From assembly GCA_001773215.1 (NCBI GenBank), contig MEWB01000001.1:614099-678098 (forward strand): a stretch of DNA of 64,000 nt, read 5' to 3'. Shown one piece after another: positions 10,631 through 18,659 of the stretch (position 1 is its first letter; each line of letters begins with the position of its first letter). The position numbers and the translations under genes are program-made. Below the pieces are notes generated by a model. The model searched no databases. It was not told the DNA's origin and was given only the letters and a program-made list of their open reading frames with translations. This DNA comes from a candidate division WWE3 bacterium RIFOXYC1_FULL_40_10. GTDB lineage: Bacteria > Patescibacteriota > WWE3 > UBA101185 > UBA10185.

Positions 10631-10640
10631 TAATAACAGA

Positions 10641-10680
10641 ATATACCTTATTGAAGTATACATTGCAATAATATACATTG
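10641..10680. promoter_or_regulatory. Candidate operator: three ATATAC(ATTG) direct repeats at about 15-bp spacing in the divergent XRE/radC intergenic region
   Basis: atatacc...gtatacattg(caataa)tatacattg seen directly; copies start near 10641, 10657 and 10672. Confidence 0.35.
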
Positions 10681-10686
10681 TGATTA

Positions 10687-11412
10687 ATGTCGTGGTGCAA
10701 AATAAAAGATTTAATATTAGAAGAGAGACCTCGTGAAAAGCTTATAACCTATGGATCCGAATTCCTTACGGATGTTGAGTTGCTTGCCTTGGTTTTAGGG
10801 ACCGGAGGAAAAAAAATTTCCTCGTTAGATTTAGCGAGAACTCTAATTAAAGATTATGGCAAACTGGAAAACGTTCTAAAATCCGATATTGAAAAACTAA
10901 TTAACTACAAACATATCGGAAAGGCTAAGGCAGTGGCTCTAAAAGCGATCGAACAAATAACAGAGAGACATATCTCATTTGAAGCAGAACCCGGATACCA
11001 AATTAGATCCCCCTCAGATATTTACCGATACCTAAGAAAAGATCTAAAGGACAAGGACCAAGAGCATATCTATGTATTGTGTCTGAATTCGTGTAACAAA
11101 GTAATATCGAAAAACCTTATATCAATAGGCACAAACAAAGAAGCCCTGCTATCTGGAAGGGAAGTATATATAAAAGCCTTGGAGAAAGGGGCGTCAAGCA
11201 TAGCTTTGGTTCACAACCATCCAACAGGCTCGCTGGAAGCAAGCCCGGATGACATTGCCACCACACAGAAAATCGCTGAAATTGGCCAGTATCTCAATCT
11301 TCCATTACTCGATCACCTAATAATTGGTAAGAATGATTTTTTCAGCATGAAAATGGCAGGATTACTAAATTTGGATAGAAAGGAGGTGAGCAAATATACA
11401 AAAAAATCTTAG
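10687..11412 (+). CDS. radC: RadC-like JAB-domain protein (UPF0758)
   Basis: N-terminal HhH region, C-terminal JAMM motif ...ALVHNHPTGSLEASPDD... Confidence 0.8.
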   Translation: MSWCKIKDLILEERPREKLITYGSEFLTDVELLALVLGTGGKKISSLDLARTLIKDYGKLENVLKSDIEKLINYKHIGKAKAVALKAIEQITERHISFEAEPGYQIRSPSDIYRYLRKDLKDKDQEHIYVLCLNSCNKVISKNLISIGTNKEALLSGREVYIKALEKGASSIALVHNHPTGSLEASPDDIATTQKIAEIGQYLNLPLLDHLIIGKNDFFSMKMAGLLNLDRKEVSKYTKKS

Positions 11413-11467
11413 ACTTTCGAGCAAAAAAATAATAGCAAGCGCAGCACTAATAATTACTATTCTAGGT

Positions 11468-11995
11468 TTGGCAGGCGCTTCCTGGGCGGCTTTTGCCGAC
11501 AAAGGCGAGGTATTAGGAAGTACATTTAGCGTGGGATCAGCAAACATCCGGCTACTACAGGATCTTGCAGGGGGAATAGATCCTTCTAACTTAGTAGAAC
11601 AGTTAACCGGACCAAGTTTCCAGAACATAAGTCCTAATTGGAATCAAAATTACTTAGTAAAACTGTACAACAACGGAACATCCCAAATGCAATTAACAAC
11701 CCACGCCAGGTATGTAACGACAAACGATCCTCAGGATTTGAGAACCTTAATATACGTGGAACCTTTTAAGTGGAATGATGCTAATGCCAATGGAGTTTTA
11801 GACACCGGAGAAGAAGGAACCAGCCTAGGAAGAAAAACCTTGGTTAAATGGAGTACAGAAGGATACGATTTGGGAACTCTGGCAACTGGTCAAATTCAAG
11901 GAGTATTACTCAAGTTCTCCACAGATGCTGTTAGTGACTCAAAACAGGGAGCAACGGCAATTATTGACTTCGTTTTCGATTCAATAGGTATCTAA
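11468..11995 (+). CDS. Secreted protein with SipW-cognate (TasA/camelysin-like) N-terminal region; true start probably upstream
   Basis: Track ORF starts at TTG. The upstream in-frame sequence encodes a signal peptide KKIIASAALIITILGLAGASWA|AFADKGEVLGSTFSVGSANIRL, resembling the TasA FSDKEVSNNTFAAGTLDL motif. AGGAGGTGA RBS at 11381..11389. No in-frame ATG, so the start may be non-canonical, near 11396. Confidence 0.45.
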   Translation: MAGASWAAFADKGEVLGSTFSVGSANIRLLQDLAGGIDPSNLVEQLTGPSFQNISPNWNQNYLVKLYNNGTSQMQLTTHARYVTTNDPQDLRTLIYVEPFKWNDANANGVLDTGEEGTSLGRKTLVKWSTEGYDLGTLATGQIQGVLLKFSTDAVSDSKQGATAIIDFVFDSIGI

Positions 11996-12000
11996 CAAAA

Positions 12001-12034
12001 AAACCCACCGGGTGCAAAACTCGGTGGGTTTACA
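12001..12034. terminator. Bidirectional intrinsic terminator (CCCACCG-loop-CGGTGGG flanked by A7 / T-run)
   Basis: Hairpin between convergent genes, seen directly. Confidence 0.6.
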
Positions 12035-12043
12035 GATTTCGAA

Positions 12044-12388
12044 TCAATCCTGGTACTGTATAACGAGTGAAACCGCGTCGTCTGAGATCCATTCAAAATC
12101 GACCTTCACCCTATAACGTCCGGCAAGAATAGAAATTGAAGACAACTGTTGCCGTTGAGATCTAATGCACACTATTGAGCAGTTTTTCAACGTAAGCAGT
12201 TTCAATCCTTCTCTGAAAACGGGAAAAATCATTTCCCAATAGACGTCTTCATACCTATCTTTACACAGGGTTTCGAATTCCTTCTTAACAATTTCCTCAA
12301 CTTTCAATCGGCGAATAGTACGATTTTGGAATTCCTCAATGTCCCTTTGAGCCTGAAGTCTTTTCCTACGTGTTCTTTGTAGCACCAT
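12044..12388 (-). CDS. Hypothetical basic protein (114 aa; no His residues)
   Basis: Start placed at in-frame ATG (MVLQRTRRKRLQ...) preceded by GAGGAGG at 6-nt spacing. Local GC (about 47%) is above the genome background. Confidence 0.4.
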   Translation of the reverse strand: MVLQRTRRKRLQAQRDIEEFQNRTIRRLKVEEIVKKEFETLCKDRYEDVYWEMIFPVFREGLKLLTLKNCSIVCIRSQRQQLSSISILAGRYRVKVDFEWISDDAVSLVIQYQD

Positions 12389-12399
12389 TTCTACCTCCT

Positions 12400-12726
12400 C
12401 TAGTCGACCAGGGGCGCATACCAAAGTACCACAACCACCCTGGTATCCGACTGCCAGTTAAATACCGGTTGGAATATGAATGAATTGTTCACTGCCACAT
12501 ATCCCGCCGAAAGACCCAACACAAGTTCCTCTTTAACCCCCGCTACTTCCTCAATACGGAGTAACGACTCTTTCAATACGCGTAGAACCTGCTGCCAGGT
12601 GGGACACAGTTGGAGAGAATTTTGGTCGGAAAAATTCGAAAAAATTACAAACAGCAACTCAGCTTCAACGGTTCTCCGATATTCTCTGAGAAGATGCTTC
12701 CTGCACAAATGGTTTAACAATATCAT
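12400..12726 (-). CDS. Hypothetical protein (108 aa)
   Basis: ATG preceded by GGAGGT; sits 11 nt upstream of the previous ORF, so the two form an operon. Unknown family. Confidence 0.4.
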   Translation of the reverse strand: MILLNHLCRKHLLREYRRTVEAELLFVIFSNFSDQNSLQLCPTWQQVLRVLKESLLRIEEVAGVKEELVLGLSAGYVAVNNSFIFQPVFNWQSDTRVVVVLWYAPLVD

Positions 12727-12804
12727 CTCAACCTCCTATCAGCCTAATGTTCCTGCATTTTAGCATATCTTCGCTATCGCTTCATTTCCTGTTAAACTAT
12801 TTGT

Positions 12805-15360
12805 ATGGGTGTTTCAAGATATTTAAGAGAGTTTATCGGATGGTGGCTATGGGAAACTCCAAAGAGACTATTTAAAGTAGGTCACAGATACCTGATCCTA
12901 ATAAATAATCAGTTATCCTTTACTTTAAATATAAGGCTGTTATTCACCCCTTTGTTTGGAGATTACTCGTTTATTGGGCGTTTTATCGGATTTTCGGTGA
13001 GAATATTCGAGATCATTTTCGGTTTGATTTTTGTCGGAATTTTAACAATTGTGTTCTTCGCCGTTCCCCTTATTTGGTGGCTTGCACCTGTTGTGCTATT
13101 TCCCTGGCTTAATGTAATACCTTTTATAGCAATTGCAGTTTTATACTTGCTACACATTGCCCTGAATAAAGATACACCAGAAAAGAAAGTTTCCGATGTA
13201 AGCCTTTCTGATGTAAAAAAGTCATTTCGCCCGGCAACAAAGTATTATTTAGCACTTTTACGGAGAAGTTTTCATGACGGAGTTTTGGCACTATTTGAAA
13301 ATCCGCAGGTAAAGTTTCTACTAAAGAAAACTGAGCTGGAACTTCCAGATTTCATAAAGAAGATATCGGAAGCCCGGGACATAAACCTAGCAGATATTGA
13401 AACAAAAACTTTTGAAATGGCAAAAAAGCAACAAAGCAGGTATGTAGAATTGGAACAATTATTCCTTACAGTTATAGAAAACATGCCTAAGTGCGACTTG
13501 TTGCTGGGAAACTTCGGCACAAAGCTTTCTATACTACAAAAGGCTACACAAGGGATAGTAAGTGACAGAGAAAGATTGTCCCGACTGTATTTGTGGCAAG
13601 ATGACTACAAAATGCTCTTTACCGGAGGAATTGGAAAAGGAATGACCGGCCATGTTACCCCACGACTCGATGCTATGTCGGAGGATTTTACAAAACAAGC
13701 TAAGAAAGGGGGGTATGAAAGGTTTACAGTTAGAGAGAACTCAATTAAAAAAATCGGGGAAATGTTGTCGGGGTCTAATGAGAACATCCTGGTTATAGGG
13801 GATCCCGGCTCGGGAAAAACCTCATTAGTAAAGGGCATCGCATACAAAATAATCGAGGGAACCGAATACAAATCTTTGAAAAATAAACGCATAGTGAGTA
13901 TCGAGCTCAGCGGTATGATCGGAGGAACAGCCTCCTCAGGGCAATTAGCTCAAAAAATAAATGATGCGATAAAAGAAGCTCAAAGCTCACGTGATATTAT
14001 TCTGTTTGTCGATGAAATTCACACTTTGGTATCCGGAGGTGAGGGCTCCCTAATATACTCTATTCTGGAACCAATATTATCTTCGGGAACCATCCAGTTT
14101 TTAGCTGCCACTACAAAGCAGAATTATCGAAAATACATAGAACCAAACGGAGCATTCTCACGTTTATTTAATTTACTTGAACTGGAACCTGCAACTAAAG
14201 AGGAAACACTAAGCATTCTTAAATTCGATGTTGAAGAGATAGAAACCAAGAGAGGCCTTTTTGTAACCTATCCTGCACTAGAGAAAATTGTAGATTTATC
14301 CGAAAAACTAATCCACGAAAGGGTTTTACCTGATAAGGCCGTACAAATTCTGGACAGAGTCGCTTCCGCGGCCGCCCACGGAACTAAAATTGTCAATACG
14401 GATGCAGTAGAAAAAGAAATTGCCGAAATGACTCATATCCCTATGGAAGCTGTAACACAAGAAGAAGCAACCAAATTACTTAACATAGAGGAATTGTTAA
14501 AACAAATGGTAATTGGCCAGGATTTTGCCATAAAACAAATATCGTCGGCCCTTAAAAGAGCTCGTGCGGGAATGAGGGATGAAAAGAAACCAATAGCAAG
14601 CTTTCTATTTGTAGGAACTACAGGGGTTGGAAAGACCCAAACTGCAAAGGCGCTCGCAAAAAACTATTTTGGCGATGCTAAAAATATGATCAGGCTGGAT
14701 ATGAGCGAATACCAGCAGCTGGATAGTATAAATAGACTCCTTGGAACCCCTGATGGCAGCACCAAAGGGATTCTAACAGAAAAAGTAAGAACTCAGCCTT
14801 TCGCTTTGCTGTTACTAGACGAAATTGAGAAGGCCCACCCCAATATACTGCTTACCTTTTTACAGGTATTAGACGATGGCAGGCTCACTGATTCCTCCGG
14901 ACTAACAGTTGATTTCACAAATACCATAATAATTGCAACTAGCAATGCAGGTACCAAAGTTATCCAGGAAGCATTTACAGCAGGAAAAAACCCGGATGAA
15001 ATGAAAGAAACTGCAATGATGCAGGTACGTGAAAAATTTGCCCCCGAATTTTTGAATAGGTTTAATGGAATTATCGTATTCAATCCACTCACAAAAGACA
15101 ACGCCAAGAACATAGCCAAGCTCTTATTCAAGGAAGTTGCCATAGCAGCGGAACATAAAGGCATTAAGTTGTCATTCACCGATGATCTTATATCTAAAGT
15201 GGTAGAGAAGGGGTACAGCCCGGAATGGGGGGCACGCCCTATGTCGAGAGTTATAGAAGACACTGTAGAATCTTATTTGGCAGAAAAGATATTATCTCAG
15301 CAAATTAAGCAAGGGGACGAGATCGAACTCGGCTCGGAGATACTTGTTTCGATAACTTAA
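12805..15360 (+). CDS. ClpA/ClpB-family double AAA+ ATPase with N-terminal transmembrane domain (no IGF/IGL ClpP-docking tripeptide seen)
   Basis: D1 Walker A GDPGSGKTS and Walker B FVDEIHTL; D2 Walker A VGTTGVGKTQ and Walker B LLLDEIEKAHP; sensor region TSNAG and GARPMSRVIED. The first ~120 aa are hydrophobic helices in place of a Clp N-domain. Confidence 0.75.
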   Translation: MGVSRYLREFIGWWLWETPKRLFKVGHRYLILINNQLSFTLNIRLLFTPLFGDYSFIGRFIGFSVRIFEIIFGLIFVGILTIVFFAVPLIWWLAPVVLFPWLNVIPFIAIAVLYLLHIALNKDTPEKKVSDVSLSDVKKSFRPATKYYLALLRRSFHDGVLALFENPQVKFLLKKTELELPDFIKKISEARDINLADIETKTFEMAKKQQSRYVELEQLFLTVIENMPKCDLLLGNFGTKLSILQKATQGIVSDRERLSRLYLWQDDYKMLFTGGIGKGMTGHVTPRLDAMSEDFTKQAKKGGYERFTVRENSIKKIGEMLSGSNENILVIGDPGSGKTSLVKGIAYKIIEGTEYKSLKNKRIVSIELSGMIGGTASSGQLAQKINDAIKEAQSSRDIILFVDEIHTLVSGGEGSLIYSILEPILSSGTIQFLAATTKQNYRKYIEPNGAFSRLFNLLELEPATKEETLSILKFDVEEIETKRGLFVTYPALEKIVDLSEKLIHERVLPDKAVQILDRVASAAAHGTKIVNTDAVEKEIAEMTHIPMEAVTQEEATKLLNIEELLKQMVIGQDFAIKQISSALKRARAGMRDEKKPIASFLFVGTTGVGKTQTAKALAKNYFGDAKNMIRLDMSEYQQLDSINRLLGTPDGSTKGILTEKVRTQPFALLLLDEIEKAHPNILLTFLQVLDDGRLTDSSGLTVDFTNTIIIATSNAGTKVIQEAFTAGKNPDEMKETAMMQVREKFAPEFLNRFNGIIVFNPLTKDNAKNIAKLLFKEVAIAAEHKGIKLSFTDDLISKVVEKGYSPEWGARPMSRVIEDTVESYLAEKILSQQIKQGDEIELGSEILVSIT

Positions 15361-15377
15361 AAAGCTATAATCCACAT

Positions 15378-16388
15378 ATGGAAAATTCGGAACCACAACA
15401 ACGCCTACAACACCTTAAAGAAGCTTTTTTCTTCAAAGATAAGCAGGAAAAGATTAAGCAACTCCAGAAAGAACTAGAGGACGAAACTACGTGGAAAAAT
15501 TGGGAACTGGGAAATAAAATTTCACAGGATGTTGCCAACCTTAAACGAGATATCGAAGAAATAGAACTGTTGGAGCTTCTACTGGAGGATAACAACGTAG
15601 AAGAATTTAACAGGGAAATAAAACGGTTGGAATTAAAAACTTTTATGTCGGATCCCCATGATAAAGGTGACGCCTTAATGTCGATACATGCCGGGCAAGG
15701 GGGCACTGAGGCAATGGATTGGGTTGAAATGCTTTATAGGATGTACCTGAGATACTGCGAAAAGAAGCACTGGAAGGTGGACGAGATAAACCAAACACCC
15801 GGAGACGAAGCCGGACTAAAAAGTGTCACATTCGAAGTGGTGGGTCCATATGTGTATGGCTTCTTAAAACACGAAGCGGGAGTCCATAGGCTAGTTAGGC
15901 AGTCTCCTTTTAACGCCGATAATCTTCGACAGACGTCGTTTGCATTGATAGAGATAATACCGGTTGTTGAGGAAAGCAAGGAAATTGAGATAAAAGAGGA
16001 GGATTTGGAATGGGATTTTTTCAGATCAGGAGGTAAAGGAGGGCAAAATGTTAACAAAGTATCCACTGCAGTTAGGCTCAAACATATTCCTTCGGGAATA
16101 ATTGTTGAATCACAAGAGGAAAGATATCAAGGCCGAAACCGCGACAAAGCCTTAAAGGTGTTGAAAGCAAAATTATTCGCCCTGGAACAGCAAAAAATCG
16201 AGGAAGAAACACAAAAGGCTAAGGGTACCTTTAAAACACCTGGATGGGGAAATCAAATTAGAAACTACGTTCTCCATCCTTATAAATTAATAAAAGATTT
16301 GAGAACTAATATAGAACACGTTAACCCCGAAATGGTACTAAACGGAGATCTTGACGAGTTTATCGACGCCGAAGTTGCCCAATTATAA
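15378..16388 (+). CDS. prfB: Peptide chain release factor 2
   Basis: SPF tripeptide (VRQSPFNAD), GGQ motif (SGGKGGQNVNKVST), RF2-type N-terminus. Single uninterrupted ORF. Confidence 0.85.
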   Translation: MENSEPQQRLQHLKEAFFFKDKQEKIKQLQKELEDETTWKNWELGNKISQDVANLKRDIEEIELLELLLEDNNVEEFNREIKRLELKTFMSDPHDKGDALMSIHAGQGGTEAMDWVEMLYRMYLRYCEKKHWKVDEINQTPGDEAGLKSVTFEVVGPYVYGFLKHEAGVHRLVRQSPFNADNLRQTSFALIEIIPVVEESKEIEIKEEDLEWDFFRSGGKGGQNVNKVSTAVRLKHIPSGIIVESQEERYQGRNRDKALKVLKAKLFALEQQKIEEETQKAKGTFKTPGWGNQIRNYVLHPYKLIKDLRTNIEHVNPEMVLNGDLDEFIDAEVAQL

Positions 16389-16395
16389 CGCTTTA

Positions 16396-18639
16396 TCATT
16401 CCAAACTATCAACGGATTCATTGCCTAGACCGGGTTCGCTATCAGTGTGACCAGGCATAGAGTTATTGCCCACCAAAACGTCCCTAGCTTTACTCCCCCC
16501 CTCATGAGGGCCAATAATACCCTTCTCTTCCATGATATCAATAAGTCTTGCAGCCCTGGCGTAACCTATCGAAAGCTTTCTCTGTAGTAATGATGCAGAT
16601 GCTTTTCCCATCGCTACTACAAGCTCAACTGCATCATCAAAAACGTCATCATCTACGTCACCTCCCCAAGCACTTTTTACGTTACCCCCGGATTTTTCAG
16701 TCTCCATGTTAAGAACCTCATCTTTATATTCAGGCCCCACATCTTGGCTTTTTAGATAAGTCACTAAGTTGCTAATTTCCGAGTCGGTAATCCAGGGGCT
16801 TTGTAACCTAGTGGGCTTTTGAGCATCCGGAGGAACAAACAACATGTCCCCCTTGCCCAGCAGTTTTTCGGCACCCGGCTGATCGATAATTACTCTCGAG
16901 TCTATTTGACTTGTAACATTTAGTGCAATTCTACAAGGTATGTTTGCTTTAATTAGTCCTGTTATTATTTCTGTGGAAGGTCTTTGAACTGCAAGTATCA
17001 GATGAATTCCTGTGGCACGTGCCAATTGGGCCAGCCTGATAATGCTTTTCTCTACACCGGCAGGGTCTTGAACCATTATTTCGGCTAACTCATCAACAAT
17101 AATCAAAATATAAGGTAAAGCCTGAAAACCAGACTTTTCATTGTAAGACTCAATATTTCTAGCTTTTGCCTGCTCAAATAGTGCGTATCTTCTTTCCATT
17201 TCGGCACATGCCCACTTAAAAGCCGAAGGAGCTTTTTCCATATTAGTGATAACGGGAGTAATAAGATGAGGTATATCCTTGTAATGAACAAGCTCAACTC
17301 TTTTTGGATCCATTAAGATAAACTTAACTTCCTGGGGGCTAGCCCTATAAAGTATTGAAAACATCAGATTATGTATAAATACGGATTTCCCTGATCCGGT
17401 TGTCCCAGCAATCAATAAGTGAGGCATCTTTGCAATATCATAAACGTAAGTTCTACCACCAACGTCCTTGCCAAGTACAATACTAATTTTAGACTTGGAA
17501 TTTTTCATTGCATCGGATGTTAACAACGATTTGAAATACAGGATGGTTCTCGAATTATTTGGTACCTCTATACCAATTAACGACTTCCCGGGAATTGGTG
17601 CCTCAATTCTGACTGATCCCGTTGATGAAGCCAAGGCCAAAGCTAGATTTTCCTGTAAACTGGCAATTTTAGACACTTTAGTAACCGATTTGGGTCTTAA
17701 AGAGAATTGCGTGACAGAAGAACCTACTTTTACGTCTTCTATGTCAACATCAATTCCAAACGATCTTAGAGTGTCTTTAATTATCTTCGAGCGGATCTCA
17801 ATATCGGAAGTATCAGGCTTCTCAACCGGCGGATCCACAAGCAATTCCAAAGAAGGTGTTTGCCATATTTTATCTGCAAAAGAAAATTCAGGAGTTTGCG
17901 GTGCCAAAGAAGTAGTTTGATGTCTTGGTTGGTCCATCTGCATAGGCTCTGCCGGTGGGGGAACAATTTCGATTTCCGGTTCTATATCTGATTTATAAGT
18001 GTATGTCGAGACCTCTGGCGCATCGTATGAAGTGTCACTAGAAATAATACCGCTACTTATGTCAATGTCATCTTTTGATCGAACTTTTTTCTTTGGGAAT
18101 TTCTCGGCAATATTCTTTAATATCCCCTGGACTGATGCCAAAATTTGGTTCAGCGGAATATCAAGCAAAATTATCAGAGACATGCCTATAACAAGCAGCA
18201 GGAGTACAAATGCCCCCGGCTTGCTGATACTATTCCACAGAACCATTGAAATTTTGTAACCAACTAAGCCTCCTCCACCACCGTCCTTTGCCACTTCGTA
18301 AGATTGGTCTTGACCTACAAACAGATGTAAAAAACCGGCTAAAGCTAACGTCAACATTGCCCCTCCAACTAACAACCGTGGCTCTCTAAATTTAATTTTT
18401 GTGTTATTAACAAACAAAATTCCTAGTAACAAAAACAAAAAGGGAGCAAATATTGCAACATTTCCTAAAGTTCCTCTTAATAAGTCTTGTACCTTTGCAT
18501 TCAGAGAATAAGAAGGTGCAAAAAAGGAAACCAGCGAAAGCACCGCCACTGAAAATATCACTAGCGCAATAATAGACCTCGTTGTTTCCGGGCGAATATT
18601 CAATTTAAGCTTAAATTTTTTCTTTCGACCTCTAGGCAT
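16396..18639 (-). CDS. ftsK: DNA translocase FtsK/SpoIIIE
   Basis: N-terminal TM helices, linker, motor domain with GTTGSGKS Walker A, C-terminal winged-helix gamma domain. Confidence 0.85.
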   Translation of the reverse strand: MPRGRKKKFKLKLNIRPETTRSIIALVIFSVAVLSLVSFFAPSYSLNAKVQDLLRGTLGNVAIFAPFLFLLLGILFVNNTKIKFREPRLLVGGAMLTLALAGFLHLFVGQDQSYEVAKDGGGGGLVGYKISMVLWNSISKPGAFVLLLLVIGMSLIILLDIPLNQILASVQGILKNIAEKFPKKKVRSKDDIDISSGIISSDTSYDAPEVSTYTYKSDIEPEIEIVPPPAEPMQMDQPRHQTTSLAPQTPEFSFADKIWQTPSLELLVDPPVEKPDTSDIEIRSKIIKDTLRSFGIDVDIEDVKVGSSVTQFSLRPKSVTKVSKIASLQENLALALASSTGSVRIEAPIPGKSLIGIEVPNNSRTILYFKSLLTSDAMKNSKSKISIVLGKDVGGRTYVYDIAKMPHLLIAGTTGSGKSVFIHNLMFSILYRASPQEVKFILMDPKRVELVHYKDIPHLITPVITNMEKAPSAFKWACAEMERRYALFEQAKARNIESYNEKSGFQALPYILIIVDELAEIMVQDPAGVEKSIIRLAQLARATGIHLILAVQRPSTEIITGLIKANIPCRIALNVTSQIDSRVIIDQPGAEKLLGKGDMLFVPPDAQKPTRLQSPWITDSEISNLVTYLKSQDVGPEYKDEVLNMETEKSGGNVKSAWGGDVDDDVFDDAVELVVAMGKASASLLQRKLSIGYARAARLIDIMEEKGIIGPHEGGSKARDVLVGNNSMPGHTDSEPGLGNESVDSLE

Positions 18640-18659
18640 TGGTATTATAATAGCAGTAT

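Noticed and set aside
12044-12726. Interpretation of the two overlapping minus-strand ORFs as one frameshifted pseudogene
   Set aside because: The downstream ORF has an in-frame ATG at 12388 with GAGGAGG 6 nt upstream, 11 nt after the upstream ORF's stop. Two adjacent genes is simpler than a frameshift.
15378-15460. Programmed +1 frameshift site in prfB
   Set aside because: There is no in-frame TGA and no CTTTGAC motif near codon 25. The ORF is continuous.
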